Assembly (NCBI GenBank): GCA_964577195.1
Contig: CAZNYF010000001.1
Coordinates: forward strand, 1 to 46,478
Length of the DNA: 46,478 nt
Direction of reading: 5' to 3'
Origin: an uncultured Thiotrichales bacterium
GTDB taxonomy: Bacteria; Pseudomonadota; Gammaproteobacteria; UWMA-0217
Made by a program: the position numbers and the translations under genes. The notes below the pieces were generated by a model that saw only the letters and a program-made list of their open reading frames with translations, did not search any database and was not told the DNA's origin. This document shows positions 36,339 through 45,040 of the stretch, piece by piece. Positions within the stretch are counted from its first letter, which is position 1. Each line of letters opens with the position of its first letter.

Positions 36339-37625
36339 ATGTATCTAGAATATTACGGTTTAAATACAAACCCTTTTCAAATTGCAGTGAACCCCGATCT
36401 TGTTTACTTGAGTCAAAGTCATGCAAGAGCAAAGGCCTATTTATCCTATTCAATTTGGAAATGGGATGGTTTTTCGGTTATTACCGGTAAACCTGGTACG
36501 GGTAAAACGCTGCTGGCGAAAAATTTAATTTCACGCCTTAAAGAGGATGTAACAGTTGTTTATTTAAATCACACGCGGCTGTCTACCAAAGAATTTTTAA
36601 GAAGTCTTGCAGCTAATTTAGGTGTTCCAGCGTTCAATGCTGAAAAAGCCGGGTTGATTTATACGATTACTCAATTTCTACAAGAGCAAAATAAAGCGGG
36701 TAATCAGGTGTTGCTGGTCATTGATGAAGCGCACCACCTGAGTCGTGGAATTCTTGAAGAGATTCGTTTTCTAACGGCCCTGGAGCATGATTCGAAACCA
36801 CTACTTAATATTATTCTTGTTGGCGATGAGACTTTATTAAATAAGTTTGATCATCCGGGGATGGAGCAGCTACGCCAGCGTGTGAGACTTTGGTATTCAT
36901 TATCTCGTCTCGATAAGCAAGGCGTAAAAGAATATATCAATTATCGATTGACTATGTGCGGACGAGAAACACACGGAATATTTACGGATGCTGCTATATC
37001 TTTATTGCATAGTTTTACAGAAGGTACGCCCCGTCTTGTGAATGTGCTTTGCGATGCCGCAATGGTTGCTGCTTATGTTAAAGAAGATACAACGGTAAAC
37101 ACCTCGCACGTTCGAACAGCTTTGGATGAACTGGGTTGGGATAAGTTTACAGGCAAATCAATTATGCAGAAGAAACAACGAATGTTGGATTTATCTGCCT
37201 CGGATATTACTGAGCCCAGAAAAAAAAATTGTTATCCCAAGTTAGAGATCAGCAACAAAGGTCTTTTAATGGCGGAGCTGATTCTCGATAAGGAAAGTAT
37301 TTCTATTGGTAGTCAGGAATCAAATGACTTTTTGTTTGAAGGTTTGTCGGTATGCGAACACCATGCGGTCATAAACCTTGTTGATGGTGACTACCTTTTA
37401 GAAGATTTAGATACCCATAACGGGACTTATGTCAACGGAAGAAAGATTAAAAGTCATGTTTTAAAAACAGGAGATATTATTGGAATTGCTACCTATCAAC
37501 TCCAATTTACGCTTCACCAACGAGAAGATACAGAGCCATTACAGTTATCGATTAATGATCTATTAGAAAGATCTATTGAATTAGATACTTTTGAATCCAG
37601 GAGTATTGATCGTCTCACAGGATAA
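36339..37625 (+). CDS. ExeA/GspA-like AAA ATPase (PEP-CTERM-locus secretion ATPase type) fused to a C-terminal FHA-like domain
   Basis: The opening YLEYYGLNTNPF, Walker A GKPGTGKT and Walker B LLVIDEAHHL are typical of ExeA-like/AAA_22 ATPases. Residues about 300-392 (nt 37236-37514) follow the FHA pattern (ISIGS....F......VCEHHAVI......YLLEDLDTHNGTYVNGRKI). Confidence 0.8.
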   Translation: MYLEYYGLNTNPFQIAVNPDLVYLSQSHARAKAYLSYSIWKWDGFSVITGKPGTGKTLLAKNLISRLKEDVTVVYLNHTRLSTKEFLRSLAANLGVPAFNAEKAGLIYTITQFLQEQNKAGNQVLLVIDEAHHLSRGILEEIRFLTALEHDSKPLLNIILVGDETLLNKFDHPGMEQLRQRVRLWYSLSRLDKQGVKEYINYRLTMCGRETHGIFTDAAISLLHSFTEGTPRLVNVLCDAAMVAAYVKEDTTVNTSHVRTALDELGWDKFTGKSIMQKKQRMLDLSASDITEPRKKNCYPKLEISNKGLLMAELILDKESISIGSQESNDFLFEGLSVCEHHAVINLVDGDYLLEDLDTHNGTYVNGRKIKSHVLKTGDIIGIATYQLQFTLHQREDTEPLQLSINDLLERSIELDTFESRSIDRLTG

Positions 37626-37747
37626 ATTTACTTAAGGACTTTCTTACCTATCTATGAACTCGTATTTGTATTCAACTCTGGCGTCTGTGTCCAACCTGCT
37701 TTGTCCAGAACAAATCAGTGATTCTTCAATAAAATAAGTATTCAAAT

Positions 37748-39175
37748 ATGGCAAGTATTCGAATTTTCGGTCAGCGAGTACCCATTGTGTTTTTTATACT
37801 CGCATTGGTAGAGCTAGTAATATTCGTTGCATCAGTCTACATGGGCGCCTATTTTCGTAACTTTTTGACCGGTGATCTTGCCGGATCAACAAGTATCGAC
37901 ATGGTCGAGCGAATTACCGGGCCACTCATTCCTGCGTCGCTGGTTTTTGCTTCGGTAATGATTGTATCGATGGTCTCCATGGGGCTGTATAACATCAGTT
38001 ATCTTAGGTTACGACGAGACAGCGTGATTTTACGGATATTCTCCGCACATGTTTTTGGAACATTGTTATTTATTTTTGTAGTCTATGCGATCCCGAGTTT
38101 TTTTCTAGGGAGAAGCGTACTCATCATTGCGATTATATGCTCTTCGATTTTAATCTGGGTTGCCAGAAAAGTCTTTGTTGGGATTTTTGACTCAAGTATC
38201 GGGCGACGAAATGTCCTTGTTTATGGTTCTGGCACGCGAGCAAAGTCTATTGAATTAATAGAAGAACAGTTAGTGCATCATGGCGTCAGGTTGTGTGGAT
38301 TTATTCGTGTCAATAAAGAGGCTGTTGACGTGAGTTCAATTCATATTGTTGATAATTTTGAGCCGTTACCTGATCTAGCAGTACGGTTAGACGTTGATGA
38401 AATTGTTGTTGCAGCGGAAGACCGCAGAAATTCTCTAATGATAGATGAGCTTCTAGAGTGTCGTCTAAAAGGTATTGTTATTACGGATATTGCAACCTTT
38501 TTTGAGCGTGAATCTGGGAAATTACAGCTAGAAGTGATGTCTCCCAGTTCGCTGATATTCTCTTCTGGATTTGATCATAGTTATTTCAGAGCTTTTTTTG
38601 AGCGCTCTCTTGATCTGTTTGGTAGTAGTGTATTACTAGCCGTTTCCTGGCCAATTATGCTAATTACAGCATTGATGATAAAAATGGAAGATGGGTTACA
38701 TGCCAGTGTTATATATCGTCAAACACGTATTGGTAAAAATGGTCACCCTTTTAGTGTTCTAAAATTTCGTAGCATGCGCGAGGATGCTGAAAAGCTTGGA
38801 GCAGTTTGGGCGATAGAAAATGACGATAGAGTTACCCGGGTAGGTGCAGTAATTCGCAAGTTGAGGATAGATGAATTACCTCAAATATTGAACGTGTTGA
38901 ATGGTGAGATGAGTTTTGTAGGACCACGTCCAGAAAGGCCTGAGTTTGTAAAAGAATTAATTAAGAAATTGCCATATTACGGGGAAAGGCATCGAGTTAA
39001 ACCAGGTATAACTGGATGGGCGCAGCTAAATTATCCTTATGGAGCATCCGATCGAGATGCGCTGGAAAAACTACAATACGATATGTACTACACGAAAAAC
39101 CACAGCTTTCTATTGGATCTTTTTATACTTGTACAAACGGTAGAAATTGTTGTTTTCGGAAAAGGGTCTCGTTAG
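37748..39175 (+). CDS. exopolysaccharide priming sugar transferase (PEP-CTERM-system-associated EpsB-type)
   Basis: N-terminal transmembrane helices and a central Rossmann-like region VLVYGSGTRA. The C-terminal bacterial sugar transferase domain has LKFRSM, DELPQILNVLNGEMSFVGPRP and KPGITGWAQLNY. Confidence 0.88.
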   Translation: MASIRIFGQRVPIVFFILALVELVIFVASVYMGAYFRNFLTGDLAGSTSIDMVERITGPLIPASLVFASVMIVSMVSMGLYNISYLRLRRDSVILRIFSAHVFGTLLFIFVVYAIPSFFLGRSVLIIAIICSSILIWVARKVFVGIFDSSIGRRNVLVYGSGTRAKSIELIEEQLVHHGVRLCGFIRVNKEAVDVSSIHIVDNFEPLPDLAVRLDVDEIVVAAEDRRNSLMIDELLECRLKGIVITDIATFFERESGKLQLEVMSPSSLIFSSGFDHSYFRAFFERSLDLFGSSVLLAVSWPIMLITALMIKMEDGLHASVIYRQTRIGKNGHPFSVLKFRSMREDAEKLGAVWAIENDDRVTRVGAVIRKLRIDELPQILNVLNGEMSFVGPRPERPEFVKELIKKLPYYGERHRVKPGITGWAQLNYPYGASDRDALEKLQYDMYYTKNHSFLLDLFILVQTVEIVVFGKGSR

Positions 39176-39230
39176 TAAGCAGAGGTGCTAGGTAGTGTTT
39201 GGTTTTTCAATAAAGAATAAAAGTAGAAAA

Positions 39231-41840
39231 ATGACTTATATATTAAATTTCGCATATTTAACTAGAATAATAAGTGCTTTGGGCATTACCTTGATCTTGG
39301 GCGGCTGTCTTTCATCAGAGACGGGAAATCAAACATCTGATGAAAATATGGAAGCAGTAAGAATTGCTATGTCAATCAATGATGATTATGAAGCAATTAA
39401 CTTATTGAAAAAAATTCTGTTACAAGATCCAGCCAATTATAAGGCTAGAATACTGATAAGCCGAGTATACCTTAAAAATGGTGAGTCAGATAAAGCGATA
39501 GCTAATATAGAAAAAGCTGCTCAACATGCACCACAGAGTGACCTGGTTCTTTTGGATACAGGCAATATTTTACTAAGTCTAAGAGAATATAGTGCTTTAC
39601 TAAAACGAATTGAAGTGGATGATAATTTGGATGAGGTGAGTAACTCTAATATTATTGGTTTGCGTTCACAGGCATTTTTGGCACTCGATAACATTGAGGG
39701 TGCAAAAAAGGAAATCTCTCGATCTAGTAAGTTTTCAGAGCGTGGAATGAATAATGTGTTAGCTCGAATTAAAATAGAAATTGCCAGCGAAAATTACTCT
39801 CGTGCCAGTCAATACCTTGAAACTGCGATAGCCAGTTTCCCAGATGAGAAGCGTTTTGAATGGCTGCTGGCTAGAATAGAGCTTAATCGTGGCGACAATG
39901 AAAAAGGTTTAAAAAGACTTAGAGGATTGATGGACCATCAAAGCCCCGGTTATTCTCCGATGTTAGCGCAAAGATCGGGTTATGAATTGATTAAAGCGGA
40001 AGTGACTGAGGGTAACTTGGAAGAAGCTGAGAAAATTGTTAAGGATCTCTTCGCACGCAACAAAAATGATGTTAGAGCGCTATATTTGGGTGGGCTAGTA
40101 GCATTGATTAGCGGAAAATATCATCTGGCAGAAAGGCGACTTCTGAAATTGGAAAAGAGCTACTCAATAGAATCAACCAGATTGCTACTTGGCGTAGTTT
40201 ACATGGCAACAAAGTCGTATGAGCGATCGAGGTATTATTTGGCAAATTTCTATGAAAAGAATCGCGGTAATATCTGGGCCGCGAAGCTACTGATTAGAAG
40301 CTATATTCTCCTGGGTGAGACATATGAAGCAGCACAAGTATTAGCGACTTTGGATAATGAGATATCGGATACTAATGATGATGCGGAGCTACTTATATTA
40401 CGTACGATGTTGTCTAGATCCAATAGTAGTCGAGCGACTATTTCTGAGCAATTGCAACGCGCATCGTCAATCGTTAAAGATAACTTGATAGTACGCAAGC
40501 TACTTTCCAAAGCACTTTTAGACAATGGTCAGTTGAATGAATCTTTGGTTCATTCAACTTACGTGCTTGAACGTCAACAACTGGATGCGGGAGCATTAGA
40601 GCTTGCGGTTTTGGCGCTGACTCGAAGAAATAAAAATCGAGAAGCTACCGACTTGATTAAAACATTCGCTTCAGCGGGAGGAGACCAGGTTGTTGCCGGC
40701 AATCTACAGGGGTTAATTCACTTGTTTTCCGGAAATTATTCAGAAGCTATTGAAACCTTTGAGCACTTGCCCGAGGCGTATTCCAAGCATTGGGAAATTA
40801 AGCTTAGTCTAGCAAAAGCTCATGAATTAAACGGAGATCTCGCATCAGCTAATAAGTTATTTAACTCATTGGTGCTTGAGCCTGAAGCCAGAGCTGAGGC
40901 ACTGAATGGTTTGTTGAGAACGGCATACCTGGAAGGTAGTGTCCAAGGCTTGGGTAAAGCGGTAGAAATCTCTAGAAACTATAACTATAAGTCTGTTGAT
41001 CCACTGATTTATTCAGGTGCAAGATATATTCAATTAGAAGATTTTGAGAATGTTAAAGAAATAGTTGAATCGATTCGTCTTCTAAGTCCTGGGCATCCTA
41101 GTGAAAAACTTCTTTTAGCGATTGCAGAGAAAAAAAAGGGTAATTATATTTCGGCCGAAGAAATCACTCGAACGACACTAGCCAGTAACCCTGATTATCA
41201 GCCGCTGCTGTTCTTAATGGCTAGCCTGAAAAAAAGAACTGGCGACATAGCCGAGGCTGAAAAATATTTCAGTCAATTAGGTGGCTCACCGAGTCTTAAA
41301 CAAGAAGCTGATCTTAATAAGTTAGAATTTACCGAGATTGAATGGGCAAGAAATATTCTACCTGTATTGAGTTCTGCATCATCTGATACCCTGTCTGAAG
41401 ATAAAGCTTTTATTAGTTTATTGAAATTAGGAGAGGATGAGATACAAAACACGACGTCTCATAGCGAATTAAGGTTTTCTGATCCTTCGACAAAACAAAA
41501 CTATTCCCACGGTCGTAGTGGCGATATGGCGCGTATTAATCGTACTTTGCTGTTTAACTACTACGGTGGTTTTGTTGAGGGTGCGATGAATGAGAAACAA
41601 CTGGCACGAAAAGCAAAAGATGGTCTGCTGTATGATAAGGGGTCTTGGGAAGTATACGAAGAATTAAATTCTATCTTGGGGCGCCAGAAACAATTTGGGC
41701 GTGGTTCGAGTTATAAAGATTTTAAACGTGAACTAAAGCTGCCTTCCTGGGTGGCTCTCATAGGAATAATTATTGTCATAGTCGTTATAATTTCACGTTC
41801 ACGTGCGCACAAAAGGAGACGTAAGGTGTTCGCTGATTGA
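39231..41840 (+). CDS. large TPR-repeat lipoprotein (PrsT / PEP-CTERM system TPR lipoprotein-like)
   Basis: Signal peptide with lipobox L-G-G-C (MTYILNFAYLTRIISALGITLILGGC). About 800 aa of TPR-like repeats follow. The unusual C-terminus has a transmembrane helix plus RSRAHKRRRK. The track start 39195 is GTG, so ATG 39231 is preferred. Confidence 0.8.
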   Translation: MTYILNFAYLTRIISALGITLILGGCLSSETGNQTSDENMEAVRIAMSINDDYEAINLLKKILLQDPANYKARILISRVYLKNGESDKAIANIEKAAQHAPQSDLVLLDTGNILLSLREYSALLKRIEVDDNLDEVSNSNIIGLRSQAFLALDNIEGAKKEISRSSKFSERGMNNVLARIKIEIASENYSRASQYLETAIASFPDEKRFEWLLARIELNRGDNEKGLKRLRGLMDHQSPGYSPMLAQRSGYELIKAEVTEGNLEEAEKIVKDLFARNKNDVRALYLGGLVALISGKYHLAERRLLKLEKSYSIESTRLLLGVVYMATKSYERSRYYLANFYEKNRGNIWAAKLLIRSYILLGETYEAAQVLATLDNEISDTNDDAELLILRTMLSRSNSSRATISEQLQRASSIVKDNLIVRKLLSKALLDNGQLNESLVHSTYVLERQQLDAGALELAVLALTRRNKNREATDLIKTFASAGGDQVVAGNLQGLIHLFSGNYSEAIETFEHLPEAYSKHWEIKLSLAKAHELNGDLASANKLFNSLVLEPEARAEALNGLLRTAYLEGSVQGLGKAVEISRNYNYKSVDPLIYSGARYIQLEDFENVKEIVESIRLLSPGHPSEKLLLAIAEKKKGNYISAEEITRTTLASNPDYQPLLFLMASLKKRTGDIAEAEKYFSQLGGSPSLKQEADLNKLEFTEIEWARNILPVLSSASSDTLSEDKAFISLLKLGEDEIQNTTSHSELRFSDPSTKQNYSHGRSGDMARINRTLLFNYYGGFVEGAMNEKQLARKAKDGLLYDKGSWEVYEELNSILGRQKQFGRGSSYKDFKRELKLPSWVALIGIIIVIVVIISRSRAHKRRRKVFAD

Positions 41841-41887
41841 TTGTGGAACTAAAGCCAAAATACAGCGTCTATAATACAACCATGAAG

Positions 41888-41917
41888 GAACATCTCTTAC
41901 AGAAGAGATGTTCTTAT
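41888..41917 (+). terminator. candidate intrinsic terminator after the TPR lipoprotein gene
   Basis: Perfect 11-bp stem gaacatctctt/aagagatgttc (41888-41898 / 41903-41913) with loop acag, followed by ttat. The stem is A/T-rich and the U-tract is short. Confidence 0.45.
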
Positions 41918-42055
41918 AACAATAACAATCATGACGGAAATATTCAAAATATCGACCACTAGTCCGGCGATACCAAATTACCTCCGTAGTTGTTTCAATT
42001 ACTAATCTGGTCAATTTTAAGACATTTATAAATTAACTAGCTGGGAATAAATTTT

Positions 42056-43633
42056 ATGAAAGAAAGTATCGATCAACTCTCAGATTATCTGTCTGCTATC
42101 TATAAACATAGATGGCCAATGTTGCTAACGACAGCCCTAGTTTGCCTACTCGGCTGGACAGGCGTGTTCTTGTTGCCTGACAAATTTCAAGCTACGTCTA
42201 AACTATTGATGTCTAATGAGTCAATGATGGGGCCTTTGCTCAAGGGCTTGGCAGCCGAAAGTAATCTAACAAGAGAAATGGCTTCGTTAATGCGGCGTAC
42301 TTTACTTAGCCGCCCTAATTTGGAAAAAGTGATTGATGTCACTGATCTCAATCTTTTGGTTTCAACAAGAATGGAGCGGGAGGGATTGATTCGTGATCTA
42401 GGCGACGAAGTTACGGTGACTGGCAATGAAGATAGCAAGGTCTATAGTGTTTCCTATATAGGTGAAGACCCTAAGCTGGTGACTGATATTGTGCAAACAT
42501 TAACAGACCTGTTCATTGAGCTTTCCATTGGTGCAACTAGAAAAGATACGAGTATTACTCGAGAATTTTTAGATCGAGAAGTGTCTGATTACGAGCGCAA
42601 GCTGCGTAACGCAGAGGAACGGCTAAAGATTTTCAAGCGAGAAAATATAGGATTAATGCCATCAGAAGGCGAGACTTATTTTTCTCAGCTTCAAGAAAAA
42701 TTGGAGCTGTTGGAACTAACGAAACTGACGCTGGCTGAAGCAAATAAAAGAATGTCTTCAATAGTGTTAGAGCTTACAAAGGTTCCAAAAATAATACCGC
42801 GAAAAACGCTTCAGATTTCTGATAATTCTCTAAATGAAGAGATCACTATATTGCAGTCTCAGCTAGAAGATTTGAGATCAAAATATACCAATGCGTATCC
42901 TGGAATTATTGCTGCGGAACAGCGCCTCAATTCATTGATGCAGCAGCGGTTAGCGCGAGACTCTGCAACAACTGGAGTTCAAGGAACTTCGCCAGAAGCA
43001 GCAGTTTCAATCATAGAATCTCGTCAAAATCTTAATCTTGAATTGAGTCGAGAGCGTGGGGAGGTCGGGGCGTTACGTGTCAGGGTAAACGGGCTATCTA
43101 ATCAAGTGGCAAGAATGAGAAAGAACGTCGATATTATGCCTCGAGTTGAAGCTCAGCTTGCACAGTTAGACAGAGATTATGGTGTTATCAAGCAGACTTA
43201 CGAGGGGCTCGTGCAAAGAAGAGAAGCAACGGCTTTATCTCATCAGGCGGATACTAGCTCCAGTGATTTTCAGTTTCAAGTGATCGAGTCACCAGTAGTA
43301 CCTACGCTACCGGTCTCACCAGACAGATTTAAACTTGTGATAGCGGTATTTATTATGGGTTTAGGTGCAGGCATTATGTTGGCAATTATCTTGTCACAAA
43401 TGAAAGAATACATTCCTAGTATTTCCAAGCTAAAGGAGATTGTAAACTTTCCAGTGTACGGTTCTATCACTGAGATTATATCCAGAAAAGATAGAGCTCA
43501 TTCTAGGCGACGAATGGCACTGTTAAGCGCGTTTTGGTCGATGCTTCTGATGGTGTTTGTAGGCCTGATGTATATCACTCTTAATAATATTAGTCTTGCC
43601 AGCTTATTGGCAAAACAAGGTGGGTTAGTTTAA
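42056..43633 (+). CDS. polysaccharide chain length determinant (Wzz/PCP family, PEP-CTERM-locus type)
   Basis: N-terminal transmembrane helix (MLLTTALVCLLGWTGVFLL), a long coiled-coil periplasmic region, a proline-rich motif (SPVVPTLPVSPDR) before a second transmembrane helix, and a further C-terminal helix. Confidence 0.85.
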   Translation: MKESIDQLSDYLSAIYKHRWPMLLTTALVCLLGWTGVFLLPDKFQATSKLLMSNESMMGPLLKGLAAESNLTREMASLMRRTLLSRPNLEKVIDVTDLNLLVSTRMEREGLIRDLGDEVTVTGNEDSKVYSVSYIGEDPKLVTDIVQTLTDLFIELSIGATRKDTSITREFLDREVSDYERKLRNAEERLKIFKRENIGLMPSEGETYFSQLQEKLELLELTKLTLAEANKRMSSIVLELTKVPKIIPRKTLQISDNSLNEEITILQSQLEDLRSKYTNAYPGIIAAEQRLNSLMQQRLARDSATTGVQGTSPEAAVSIIESRQNLNLELSRERGEVGALRVRVNGLSNQVARMRKNVDIMPRVEAQLAQLDRDYGVIKQTYEGLVQRREATALSHQADTSSSDFQFQVIESPVVPTLPVSPDRFKLVIAVFIMGLGAGIMLAIILSQMKEYIPSISKLKEIVNFPVYGSITEIISRKDRAHSRRRMALLSAFWSMLLMVFVGLMYITLNNISLASLLAKQGGLV

Positions 43634-44751
43634 TGAGTATCTATGTAGATTTACTGAAAAAAGCAGAATTTCAAACGGAACCTAAACGAAAGATTGTTGA
43701 TCGAGTTGACACTGATTTGGAAACTAAGAGCAGGAGTCAGTTTAAAACTCCATCGAGGATAGAGTCGGAGCAACTGACCAGCGCTGACCTGGGGCTACCG
43801 TCGATAAAGAACTCTTGGGAGAGAGTGCTCGCTGGTTCAGCGGCCCTATCTGAAGACACTCGAAGGGTGCCGAAGCTTCCAGTTGAGCTCGCTGCAGAAG
43901 AAAGCCTAGATTATCAGCCTGCTAGTGATATGCAATTTTATGACACCGAAGAATCAAAAAAAATTGTTCGCGATAATTCTGGCATGGATAGTGCGATAAA
44001 ACAGCCAGTAGAAGAGCTAGAAAATACTCAAATTAATAAGCAAAGTTCTATTGTCTCGATTCCTACCCGTAAGCTAAGGCAGAAAGGTATGGTGACACTG
44101 GATATGAAAAATAGAGGAATTATTGAAGAGTTTCGTCATTTAAAGAGAAACCTCCTGAAAAACATAACTAAATCAGACGATCCTATGGGTGTGGGAGTCG
44201 TTGTCAGTAGTGCTTGGCCAGGTGAAGGTAAAACATTTACCGCACTTAATTTGATCATGAGTTTGTCTATGGAAAAGACCAAAAAAATTCTGTTTGTAGA
44301 CGCTGATTTAGAAAAAGGCGAAGCAACAAAATTTCTCGATTTGCAAAATCATCGCGGGCTAACAGACTACCTGGAAGACTCGTCTTTGGACGCTAATGAT
44401 GTGACTTTACAAACCAATATAGAGAGCTTAAAGATAATTCCTAGAGGTATTACAGCGACCCATAGCGCCGAAGTATTTTCTACTCGACGCATGGAGGAGT
44501 TGGTTAAAGAGATTTGCCAAAACGGTTTGTACGAGATGGTGGTCTTCGATTCTCCACCGGTTCTCGTATCGTCATCAGCAAATATACTTTCTGGTATGGC
44601 TGATCAAACTCTGGTTGTTATTCAAGCAAACGAGACAACCGGTAAGTCGATACGGGAAGTGGAAGAAAAGTTAGTGGATAGCCGTTCTATCGGATATGTA
44701 TTAAACCGTGCTTCATTTAGCGAGAAAAAGCAGAATAGTTACTACGCATAA
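43633..44751 (+). CDS. BY-kinase-like P-loop ATPase (EpsG/Wzc C-terminal domain type)
   Basis: Walker A SAWPGEGKTFTALNL, Walker A-prime LFVDADL, and Walker B VVFDSPP. The C-terminus carries only two Tyr (NSYYA). The start shares a base with the Wzz stop (TAATG). Confidence 0.8.
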   Translation: MSIYVDLLKKAEFQTEPKRKIVDRVDTDLETKSRSQFKTPSRIESEQLTSADLGLPSIKNSWERVLAGSAALSEDTRRVPKLPVELAAEESLDYQPASDMQFYDTEESKKIVRDNSGMDSAIKQPVEELENTQINKQSSIVSIPTRKLRQKGMVTLDMKNRGIIEEFRHLKRNLLKNITKSDDPMGVGVVVSSAWPGEGKTFTALNLIMSLSMEKTKKILFVDADLEKGEATKFLDLQNHRGLTDYLEDSSLDANDVTLQTNIESLKIIPRGITATHSAEVFSTRRMEELVKEICQNGLYEMVVFDSPPVLVSSSANILSGMADQTLVVIQANETTGKSIREVEEKLVDSRSIGYVLNRASFSEKKQNSYYA

Positions 44752-45040
44752 AATCTTCAATTTAGCGCTATCGCGTAACGTCGCAGCTTTACCTTCAAGG
44801 GATTTAGCCAAGGCATTCGATACCTGTCTAGAAGGCAGAATCGGAAATTAGGAGAAATATACAGAACTATAATAATAGAGCCGTAGTATTGGGCACCTAG
44901 GATACAAGTGTACTTCTTTAAAAGCCAACGCAGCTATGAATATTTAAAGAACTTGTATAAGAAGATAACGCTCAAACCTAGCTTTTACACGTTATATACC
45001 AATAATAAAGAGAAATAAACAATTTCTCAGGAGTGCCAAG

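Noticed and set aside
41799-42014. 71-aa minus-strand ORF in the prsT-wzz gap
   Set aside because: It spans the terminator hairpin, overlaps the prsT 3-prime end, has no ribosome-binding site and has no recognisable features.
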